A stretch of DNA of 58,417 nucleotides, counting the filler, from Sphacelaria rigidula (lineage: Eukaryota), in NCBI GenBank assembly GCA_964200075.2. It is 7 parts of 7 records of this genome, joined end to end, with 100 filler letters (N's around TTAATTAATTAA, not from the genome) between each part and the next. Parts side by side here need not be neighbours in the genome. Positions count along the whole stretch, not along the records: positions 33,441 to 41,699 come from CAXNAA020011747.1; positions 41,800 to 50,058 come from CAXNAA020011748.1; 5 more parts are not named here. One strand, given 5' to 3'. The notes under the pieces are model-generated. The model ran no database searches. It was not told where the DNA came from and was given only the letters and a program-made list of their open reading frames with translations. Below are positions 36,701 through 47,335 of the stretch, one piece after another (within the stretch, counting starts at the first letter, position 1; each line of letters opens with the position of its first letter). The position numbers and the translations under genes were made by a program.

Positions 36701-38643
36701 ACAGTCTTGCAACCCATTGATTCTCCTCCAGTCCCTGCACGGTCACTAGTGATCCACGGAGCGCGCCGCCTCGCCACCCCGCCTACATCCCCTTGTCACC
36801 ATGTTCAATGGAAAGTGACAGCGGGGGTAAGAATTGTCGGTATTTACTGGTAGGCGTCAAGTAACTGGAGGAACGCGAGGAAGGTAAATGTCATCCCGTA
36901 GTGATGATAGGTTCAAATCACGAAGAGTCTGGAACTCCACTCGACACGCCGCATTTCTTTTGTGATACACAGATACAGAATGAATGGGCGGCAAGTTATC
37001 ACTGGTTGGGAATCTCGAGAACGATCAAGGGTGCAGAATTTCTCGACACAGGTGGTTATGGAGTCGACACTCATCAAGCAAAAAACATTATATATATATA
37101 TATATATCCATTATCATCAAGTATACGGTTTTTCTTCGACATGACAACGCGGCCGTGCGTTTTGAGGAGCACGTGAGGGAGCAGACACTGTGTACATCGC
37201 GTCACACAACGAACGAAAAGTTTGCACGATGTCATCGCCCCAGATAAAAAAAAAGTCGTCCTTCGAGCACCACCCTTAAGAGCAATGCTCGACTGTATAT
37301 TCGTCCGCCTGTCACACCCCCGCTCGCCGGATTCACGACGACTGCGCACCCGGCTTGCTTGATTGACTCACTCACCTCTTGACGACTAACTGCGCTGGCA
37401 CACGCACGTTGCGCTTCTCGCCACGACAATGATCGGGAAAAGACTTTATAACATTTACTGGCGCCAAACGAGGCCGTTGTTCCGCCTGGGGCAGGGGTCC
37501 AGCCAGGTAGACATGTACTGTTGTGGGTCAGCAGAGCGCCTCCGCTCATGCTCATGGCTGAAACTTCTGTGTCTTGAGTCAGGGCGACGAAACCACTGTC
37601 CGCTGGAATTGTTACCTGAAAAAATGGCGTATGCGTTGCGTGTATTCCCGCGCAAAGTCGATCATTTCTAGTGCCTTGGTGTGATCAGGAGTTTCGCGGA
37701 CCCTACAAGACATTAACTACACCCCTCATCTCGGTGGCAGCGGGTACACGTCTTTGTTTTTCAACTATTTCTCGCACTACACCCCGTTAGCGATGGAGTA
37801 CCAGATAATATCACCCCTAGCAACGTGTTACTTTATGCCCTCGGCTTTCTACATCAGTACTGCCAAAAAGACACCATTCATTCATGAACAAATCTCGAAC
37901 CACACAACGTCGGCGTCACGACCGCTGCAGTCTAAGAGAAACGTTAGGCTGCTGAGGTGTACATCAGAGGGGACAGTATCCTCACTTCTCTCTTGGAGGT
38001 AGGTAGCGTAATCTGCCCTGAGCGAATTTCCTCGCTGTGTTCAATATTGTACATATGTCTAGCACCGGCAGTATGCCGACGAGAAAGACAGGTCGAAGGG
38101 TCAACGTCGGACAGTGTACCGCTAAGCACCGACGAAAGCCCCTACCCTACGGATATAGAACGCCTCAAGTACACGATACATTTCATCTCCGATGTTATGC
38201 TTCGTACGAGCCCTGCCAGCGACTGCAAAATCTCAATACCGCTCGGTTCATAATCCACAACTTCTCTTGCCTCATCCGCCGATCCCGGCACCACACCGGT
38301 ATCCCAGTTTGCTTCTTCATCCCAGGACCCCAAGGTAGAAACCCTCGAACACCCAACGCTTGTACCCATCCCGGCCACGTCGATGTCGTCAATAGAACCA
38401 CCAAGGCTAAGCGTTGTGTTCGCTGCCGATATAGTGTATGTGTATCCATAGTCATAAGTCGATGATCCAATTCCTTGGCGTACGACCGACGCGCCACCTA
38501 GGTCCGCTACGGGGTCGGTGTAGTCGAGAGCATCCGACACGGATGATGCGGATGATCCGTATGAAATGCACGACGTGTTGTATCCTACGCCGTCACGTGT
38601 GATGCTGAGCTTGAAATGGCCAGATGTTGAAGGGACAACGGTC
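33739..38643 (-). CDS. Large extracellular/surface-type protein with a C-type lectin domain (partial; exons 38643-38271, 37615-37376, 36782-36537, 36220-36002, 35546-35226, 34677-34528, 34301-34188, 33836-33739)
   Basis: Exons join in frame. The CTL motifs are CLPGW..SKCYKVF..LSWREAQRAC | LVTVQGLEENQWV..CWIGM..YRSWSRDEPNN | QNCVAV..WYDAECGSEKPFICQ. Flanks are Gly/Thr/Val-rich beta-strand repeats (WDTGVVPGSADEVTIP; NNGTLTFTG) and a twice-present repeat (TSCI.Y.(S/A)SA..V..AL...GG..V.R.G.G...YGY). Five introns are GT-AG and two are GC-AG. Confidence 0.85.
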
Positions 38644-39916
38644 CTGCGTTCCACAGGGAGGGTAAAAAATGGCGTCGAGGTCGAGTTGCTAAGTACTATA
38701 GCATCTACACGTACACAATGGATCATACCCTCCGCTTTTTATGCTCCAAGAAGCATGATATTTATCATACAGTACTTTTAGGTATGAACATATTTTGCGG
38801 CCTTTCGTTCATTTGGAGTGTCCCGTTGAGCGTTCATACACGGTTGGTGAGAACAGGCTACGATCGAAATTCAAATGCCGATGTCGTTCGAGCTTCGTAG
38901 CAACGTACGCTTCCCGTATGGTATGGCAGAATAGAATACGGGAGTATGAGAATTATTCGCACTTGGACTACTGCATCGCTTGATATCGTCGTGGCAACAA
39001 GCGACGAAATGCGCCGTCGTTGTCACGGTACAGCAAGCCGAAAACGTGCATGGGCGCGCGAGAGAGGGAGGGGGAAGAGGAAGAGAGATTGACACGGTTG
39101 CATTTTGTGGGGAGCATTATCTTGAATTATGATAGGGTGTACGCGGCAGGACGAGCAACTGACATGCAGAGGCAGCACACTCTACACAAAGTATAACACA
39201 AAGGTATCGGGATTGAAAATGACCGTCTGTGGCTATTGTCATTTTTTACCCTTCCTCACAGTTTACGAAAGGGTAACGCTCACGCCAAGTCACGACTTGG
39301 ACTTGATAACATTCAAGTCGAGTCGTGACTTGAGTACCAGTTAGTTAGCGTTCTTCCCGTGAACCTCGTATGGACACCACAACACTAGGAGTACATTCAC
39401 CCAGTCCCCAGCCATTGTTCAAGCCATCGCACGGTGCAAACGGCTCGATAGCGGATGAGAAACACATTTGCTATAAGCAGTACCAAGAAATACTACCCCC
39501 GACTCGGGTGTCACTAAATTTAAGTAACCATTTTACAATACCTCTTGGAGTTCGTCTCACGATTGGGCCCCGTAGTGGGTGCAAAAACGTGCTTCGCTGT
39601 CACAACGTGGTTGTGCCATGCACGCAGAAACTGCGGATCAACTGAATATTACCCGCAGACGCTTCAAATATCAAGCCTCCAAATCTGACTCACGTGGACA
39701 TGACGACAGCAGCAGTATCTCGCTGGAGTGCAACTATACTGTTACGGTTACGGCGTAGGCTAGGGCTGGATGCAGGCTGCGCGAGCACTTCTTACGTGTG
39801 CCTGCTTTTGATAGCGGCAGCGTTGCGGACAAGGAGGCGTGCAACACCTACGCATACGCCAGCGGGTGGCCACTGGTGCATGTTACCCGCATTTTTCACG
39901 ACTAACACAGGTTGTG

Positions 39917-41300
39917 GGCAACTTGACGATGTGAATGCAGTATTCATCAGACTACAAATGCACACGCTGCTCACTTGACTCGCCTTGTATCTCATGAGCG
40001 TCATAAACCCGCATATATCCTGGGACTGGTGTTGCCAACCTGATGCCCGCTGCATATACATTGCATGCCCACTGCCTTTGTGACCCTGGGACGTCGGGAA
40101 ATAATATTTGCGGGTATCGTGTACCAGCCGCCGCCTGCGTAAGGCGGTTCTATGAGGCCACTCATTCTCCGTGCCACGGCGGTATCGTGGACACACAGAC
40201 TGTGTGATGATTTCCCACCTCTGCAAAAGCTACGAGGAAGAAGGCCATCGCCCCGTGGGTGAGAAAGTTCACGAATTCTTCACAAAGCTGTCACCGTTCC
40301 AGTGACAGTTCCGTGAATCCAGATTCACAAAAGAATATCGGGAACGGTGGCTTTTTTAGACGTTTTCACTAACCTATCATCGTTCCGGACGTATTCCGTC
40401 CATTGTAGTATAGTGTAGATTCGGTACTGCGCGCAAAACACTTTTCCGACAATGTGATAAGTATCGTCCTGGGTGTGCATCGTTATGAATTCTTCACAAA
40501 ATATCACCGTTTTCGGTGACTTTTTACGTGAACCTTCTCTGGATTCCCCAAAGCTGAAGGAGGTGGTGGTTTTGTGAAATCCACTCTTCCTGTGATGCTG
40601 TTGTGGATCCAGAGGAGATTCGCTAACGTATCACCGTTCCGGTAATAATTCATGCCAACAGTCTACAAATACTGTCACCCAAAAGGTGATACGTTTGTAA
40701 ACAGTTTGCACAAATGTCACGAAACGGTGATCAATTTGTGAAAAAAACTCACAACAATTCACACTCTGGAAGACATATTATACTGTCGGGAAGTGTTTTG
40801 CGTCAGCATCGAATATATTGTCTATTGCAATGAACATAATATCCGATACTGTACGCAGTACATTTTCTCATAATGTTGAATATTGTCCGGGGTATGCAAA
40901 AATGTCACCAAAACGCAAAACTGTCACGGGAACGGTAACTGGTTTGTGGGTGGTTCGAAAAAAAGTCACCCGAATGGCCTTTTTCCTCGTAGCTCCTGCA
41001 GAGGTGGGAAATCACCACGCAGTCTGTGTGCCGACGACACAGCCCCTGCAACAGAAAATAAGTGGCCTCATAGAACCGCCTTACACAGGTGGCGGCAGGT
41101 ACAGGATATCCGCACTCATTATCCAACGTCCCCATTGCACAGGCCGTGAGCAGTGTACGTACAGCGGGTATCTGGTTGGTAACACCAGTCCCAGAACATA
41201 GCCGGGTTTATGACGCTTACGAGGTAAAAAAAGGCGAATCAAGTGAGCAACGTGTGCATTTGTAGTCTGATGAATGCTGTACTCACATTGTCAAGCTGCC
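39917..41300. mobile_element. 1.38-kb foldback element with very long (~400-600 bp) imperfect TIRs
   Basis: GGCAACTTGACGATGTG...CACATTGTCAAGCTGCC. 39917-40250 aligns in reverse with 40970-41300, and weaker pairing continues inward. The interior has repeated tcaccgtt(c/t)(c)(a/g)gtga motifs. There is no ORF and no clear TSD. Confidence 0.88.
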
Positions 41301-41520
41301 TAGCTCCATGAGTAATGCCGCGATAGTCCCTCCCAGAAAAGTGATTGGTTTGAGGAGGGAATATCTACATGGAGATCAAAATGACAGAATCCGAGCGCAC
41401 CGAACAGCTGTGAACCCCCACGCTTGGGGTCGTTTTCCTCAATGTCACCCATATATATGAGGTCCTTCATGCAGTCTTATTTTTTTACTATTTATTTGTC
41501 GCACTTTGAACCCCCCCCCT

Positions 41521-41699
41521 ATGCGAGGTCATGGTCTTATGACTATGGCATGCATGATCATGAGTACACCCCTTCCTCGGGGCGAGTCCGTGGTCTCAGG
41601 GGATCAAGCCATCTCCCCCAACGCCGGAATGTTAAAGATGTCTCTATTAGGAGTAGGAATGGTGCTCCGTCTCGAAGGGGATGTGTGGTCAATGGTCAA
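41521..41699 (+). mobile_element. Two adjacent LINE 3'-end fragments (41521-41572 and ~41615-41699)
   Basis: They match 25104-25154 and 18066-18120/23525-23605 respectively, and both are preceded by C-runs. Confidence 0.75.
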
Positions 41700-41799
41700 N
41701 NNNNNNNNNNNNNNNNNNNNNNNNNNNNNNNNNNNNNNNNNNNTTAATTAATTAANNNNNNNNNNNNNNNNNNNNNNNNNNNNNNNNNNNNNNNNNNNN
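41700..41799. other. Artificial contig spacer
   Basis: Same spacer. Confidence 0.98.
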
Positions 41800-42358
41800 G
41801 TCGCAATAGGCCTATACTTTATACAGTACACTTCTCGTCTATTGCATCTATTGACTATATATTGTCCAGGGTGTTGAATCTTCCTTATTTTGAATACGTT
41901 GGGGTCTTCGCACATTCGTGATTTGTCTCCGTAATAGATTATATCCGACTCCCACGAAGAAGCCGTGCCAACCTGGTCGAGCAAAAAAGTATACGTCTGT
42001 CTGGCCCATAAGTAAATCCTAGTAATTTGTCAGGGTCAGTAGTACCCGCAATCGCAATTCCGCGTTGAGGTGCAAGAAATGAAATGCAGGGCACAACTTG
42101 AGGAATTTTGAGTTGAAATTTTAGACGGAACAATTTTGACTTCAACATCCAAAGAGATACGGAAGTAGCCAGCGATATAAATATGTAATGATTTGGACGA
42201 ATATTTCCGTTGAGCTGTGACATATTTACTCGGAATTTTGAACTAGCTCTACTCTGTTCTTCTTTTTTGGCTACTCCAACACGTTTTTGCGTGTTGATGT
42301 GAATCTCGTGTCGACACTTCACCTTCAACTCCTGAAGGCGGACTGTGCAAAACTGGTC

Positions 42359-42640
42359 TGTGTTGTGTAGATATTGTCATTCGATCTATTCTGGCCGCCA
42401 ATCTTCACATTTCAGTGTGATTGGGCGCATCAGCCGGGATCGCACAGGAGGAAGGCCAACACAGGAGGTGTTGTCATTTCTTTTCGTTCTAGCACTCCGC
42501 CTTTCTTCTGCAGTGCTTGCCTTCCCCTTCATCGCGTGGAAGGGTCGAGCGGCTCCTTTTCCTCGTTGACTGTAAAGGCGAATTTGGTGTACTCATGATA
42601 GGGTCCCTCTCCACTGCTTGGCATGATGTGAGAAAGATCT
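42359..42640 (-). mobile_element. Decayed copy of the tRNA-SINE body
   Basis: gggcgcatcagccgggatcgcacaggaggaaggccaacacagga matches 26334-26378. Confidence 0.7.
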
Positions 42641-42675
42641 TGCACCGAAATGCTCTCGGTTGGTTCAGCTGGTAT

Positions 42676-42800
42676 TCCGTCGGAAACCTGTACAACTAGA
42701 TATGTGCAAACAACAAATCCGTCGGAAACCTGTAAAACCCGTTGTTATTTGACAACTGCTCCGTCAAAAACCTGCGCAACCACTTGTGTGCAAACAACTA
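42676..42800 (+). repeat. ~42-bp tandem repeat, 3 copies
   Basis: ccgtcggaaacctg(t/c)...tgtgcaaacaac recurs at ~42677, ~42719 and ~42761. Confidence 0.75.
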
Positions 42801-43539
42801 CGAGCTGGGCCAGCTGACAGTGATTTTTTAATGTTTCGGGGCCCGGCTGTGGGAAATTCAAGGAGTTAAAGGTTGAATTTTCGGCATGACATTTTCATCA
42901 ACACACGCAACATTTCTCGGGATGCCAAGAAAGAAAAAAGCACAGAAAGTTGGAGCGTTTATTTTTTCACCCAAAACTACAAAAGTGCCATAAATCAGTA
43001 AAAATTGAAGAAAAAAGGCGGCATCCCCAGAAATGTCGTGTGTACTCGCGTGGAGGAGATTCTGGTGAATTTCTGTAGACATTTCCCAACGTTGGGCGCA
43101 GCAGGGCACTTTTCGTGTGATACGCCTCCACCGCGGTTGTCCAACTGAAACAGGTCTCTAATTACGCCGGCGCAATTTCTAATCCAGACGCAACTATTTT
43201 TTTTGTGCATAATCTAATTGTGCATAATCGCTGCTTCCTCTTGAGTTGCAAGGGGTATCGCTATTTTTGTGACTGTCTTGCATTTTGGGGGGTATAGGGC
43301 AGTTTCAAGTAGTACTTCTCTCTCTTACGGTGATGTATGACAGTCGGCTGGGAGGTCCTCTCCCATGATGGAGCTGTTCACGGTTCGGACGAATAAAATC
43401 GCGATTCGACTTATGGTCAACATTTCGACGAATCAATCATACGATTCGTACACAAGATGTAAATTGTTCATGTTTCGACTTCGTGATTCGTACGACACCA
43501 CTCCAAGTGTATACATTCCTAGCTCGTGATTCATGCGGT

Positions 43540-45430
43540 ACATCGTCAAAGATTCACGTTTCCTACGTTCCATGTCTGTGGCGTGAGGTTTAGGTACATG
43601 TTTCCCCATTTTTATTCATTCAGCGTGAATTATAGTCACACTTTCCCCGCCTTTCATTCATACTACAGTACTGGGCGGCTGGCCTGTTAATATTGGTAAT
43701 TCCTTCGTGAACGGCGATTTTGTTGGGTTCTTCGCTTTGCCACCGGTCATCATATTCAGGACCCGAAGATTTGTGTATTCGCTCCACATTCCAAGAAAAA
43801 AATACATCTGTATTCAATATTGAGTGACTTACAAGCTTATCGGTCATCGGAGGTCCTTACACGTTTTAGCCCAAAACCTGACTCTGGAGTATTTTCGGTC
43901 GATCGAGCCTGTCCCGATCGTGTTTGTGAAGAAATGTACAGGATCGTTTTGTTGAATTCTAATTTTACCTGCTCATTGCACTACAGCCGAAAAACTGTGT
44001 TTCACGGTCAATAACACCCTCGTGGTGAACGGGTACGTACTCGTATCGCCCGATAACACCAAGTATACTAACTCGGGCACTAGGGGGGCAGGACGATCTG
44101 TATATTTCACCGAACGTTACAGACGCTAGCACATTCGAGTTCTGTCGAAGAGTAGTAGCGAGAAAAAACCCTTACGAACAATCAAAAGTTCAGGCACCGA
44201 GTGCTATAGGTGAATCAAGCGTGCATAACTCTCAATTTCCGTTCATGCAGCATGAATCGTACGTTCATGTTCCTTCCCTTCCAGTCGTACGAGGTGAATC
44301 AAGGGTACATGTTGCTCGTTTTTCTCGTTTTCTATTCATGCGGCATGAACCTTACGTACATGTTCCCTACCTTCCGTGCATACAAGATGGATCAAGTGTA
44401 CATTTGTTTCCCACTTTACATTTATGCAGCGCGCATCATGCGTACATATTCTCCATATCCTGTTCGTATGATATAAATAATGTGAACATGTTTCACACCT
44501 GTCATTTTATGGGGCGCGACTCTCGGGTGGCGCGGCCCTTTCGCAGGTGGGGTAGGCAAATAAGAGCGTACAGATCGCGAACCTGTACAACACACGCGTC
44601 TGCGTGCCCAGAGCGATTTCTCTGGCCAGTTCCTCCCCCCCCCCCCCCGAGCTGCGCTTTTGACGGCCTTTATGGTGTCATGTTGCGTTCGGTGGTACAG
44701 TTGACCTGAACATTTCGTCTACAATACCACGAACACTTGCGATGAACACAGCATCGGCACGAATCGTCCTCGCATGCTCGCGGGAGCTGTCAGGAAAAAC
44801 TCCTGCAGCGTACTGTGCAGTCCGCGGACAATACGGTACAGCCTGGCACAGCACGCATCTGCGCACCCAAAGTGATTCTTCGAGCGGTTTATTTTCCCTT
44901 GATTTATTCAGCATGGATCGTGTGATTCATGTACATGTTTTACACATTGCGTTCGTGAGCATGAATGAGAAACACATGTTTCCCACCTTCCATTCGTACG
45001 AGGTGGATCAAGTGCACACGTATCTACCTTTTCATCCGTGTAGCACGAATCACGGGCATAGGTTCTGAACCTTCCGTTTATATGAGGTGAATCACACGCA
45101 CATGTTTCCCAATTCCATTTCATGCAGTATGAATCGTATGTATGTGTCCTCCGCCTTCCATCCATACGGGGTGAATCAAGCGTACATGCTTCTCAATCTC
45201 CGTTCATGCAGCATGAGTCATTCGTACATGTTCATACCTTTCATTCACACGAGATGGATCAAGTTTACCTGTTTCTCACCCATGATTTCTACAGGAATCG
45301 TGATTCGTACATATTTTGAACTCTTGATTTGTACACATTCCCAGTTCGTGATTCGTGCGGTATAAACGTGAACATACAACTTCATCATCCGTGATTCATA
45401 CCGCATGACTCTTTGATACATGATTCGCAT
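43540..45430 (+). repeat. Degenerate ~42-bp tandem array with alternating A/B units, interrupted by two insertions
   Basis: Units of (g/a)tgaatca(a/c)gcgtacatgtt plus a pyrimidine-rich stretch plus ttc(a/g)t(g/a)c. They are clearest at 44210-44510 and 44910-45290. Confidence 0.75.
43665..44207. mobile_element. Longer, decayed copy of the Tc1-type MITE of 16147-16592
   Basis: It begins TA|CAGTACTGGGCGG and shares gtattcgctccacat and gccgaaaaactgtgtttcacggtcaataa. It carries ~120 bp of extra internal sequence. Confidence 0.8.
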
Positions 45431-47299
45431 TCAACATCCATGGGGAGTTAACCCGTATGAACTCTGACTCGTCCGAACCGTGGAGCTATTGACGAGCTTG
45501 ATGCCACCTTGCAGCGCTACCAGCGCGCTTTTGCTCGCGCATATCGGGTGTTCGTGTGTCTGTGCGGCGCAACTGTCTATCGTAACTCCACCGCATTTTG
45601 TGAAACGAAACGTCTCCGGACATGTTCAGCAGGCAACGGCATGAGACGTATCCAGTACCCAATGCGGTACAATATCATCGCCAAAACTCCGCCAATCCAC
45701 CAGCGGCGGAGCCGTGTGTTACCAGGTTGGTCTGCAGTTCACAGCGATATGCTCAAGTCGGGCTGATCTGGGAAACTTGAGAACTTGTGTTGTGACCTGC
45801 GAATCCGGGATTTAGTGCTGGCCAGCTCATACTCAGTCAGAACTTGTTCAACTAGTTATCGAGCGTACGTTACAAATACGTTGAATGACTTCTACTAGTC
45901 CAGGAGGGCAAACAACAGCATGCAAACAAATATGATCGATCGCGAGAACAAAGTCAATGTATTCCGTGGGTGAGGGGTAGAGTAGTGTCGACACCTTGTA
46001 TTAAAATCAGGTGACGTCGGACAAGGGGCGGCGGAGTTGGTCGCTGTTCTGGTGTTCGCCACACCCCCACACCCACATGCCCCCCCGGCGCGGACTATCT
46101 TGATGGTGTTGAGGGAGAATGGCACTCTCGTGGTACATTGCTCCCTACACGACTAAGGTGGCGCTCACACTCGTAATTTCGTTAGCGTTTTATGGCAAGA
46201 GGTTTGGCGGGGTTGTATATATCCCGCCAACTGAGCATCTTCGTTGAAGTGTAAGCGCAGTGTGTCGGATTTTACGTCGATGTACATCTACCGTAGTACG
46301 ACCTGCTCCGAGACATCCACTTTTCGGTAAGCTCTGTGCTGATCCCAAACGCCGAGGTATATTGCGCTACGTGGTCTATTGGGAGAAGGAGGAAATCCAC
46401 GTTATCTACAAATCATGAGTAGTGAAATACGCAAGGTTTTACGAGATTACCTCCATGTCGCGAAAGAGACAACGCGGCAGAAGTTGGACAAGCGTTCGAA
46501 TGGGGGGCATTGAAGCGTGCGTCGCTTGACTTTACAACACCTGTCGACTTTACAATGTCGGGCTGATTTTCAATCGCATCCAGGAGGCTGGTCAACCGAA
46601 TCAAATTTCACCCAAACACACGAATTGAGTGACTGTCTTCCGTGTATCCTTCTAGACCAAACAGAACTATAGACCGTCCATATCGCACGACAGACCAAGA
46701 GAGCTTCGAGTCGCCAGCACCAAAAACACTTTGTGCTGCGAAACGGCTGTGATTATACTGTTGCTTTTAGTGTACCTTTCGATCGCATCTTGTTCGCTCA
46801 AACACCCCGCACAGAGTTGGCAATGGATTTGTGTCCTGTGTAAATGAGCTGTGTTTCGATAGGGTATAACCGAAAGTGATGGATTTTTTATTTGTAAAGT
46901 ATACTCAACCGTACCGAAATATGTATCGAACATTTCAGTATGATTTGGCAGGGTATCCAGCCTTGTCCCCGACTATGATTCGGAACGGCATTATACCGAT
47001 AAATTACCTCCGTTTTTTGTTGTGTAAATATCCTATTCACAATATCAGCCGGTATACCCTACAGAAGACAAATCCGGCAACATGTATCCACGCGGCACCT
47101 ACTGCGACACACCAACTTCTCATGGAAAGCCAAGACTGGTATCTACCGGTGCGCCCATTCAACGATCCACTGTATGTCGTTCTGTTCGACTTTTTGGTTC
47201 ATGTCCATCCTTTTTTTCAGAGCGTGTTTCACTCTCGTTTTCTTGGGTACGTCTATCATGACATCACGGCTGGACCCCTGGGGGGTCAGTTAAAGTGCG

Positions 47300-47300
<1 letters not shown>

Positions 47301-47335
<35 letters not shown>
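47301..47335 (+). repeat. (CAAT)n microsatellite
   Basis: Direct reading. Confidence 0.9.

Noticed and set aside
44210-45290. CRISPR-like repeat-spacer appearance of the 42-bp array (and of the 60-bp array at 21922-22351)
   Set aside because: The apparent spacers are homologous to each other, the repeats are degenerate, there are no cas genes, and the context is eukaryotic.
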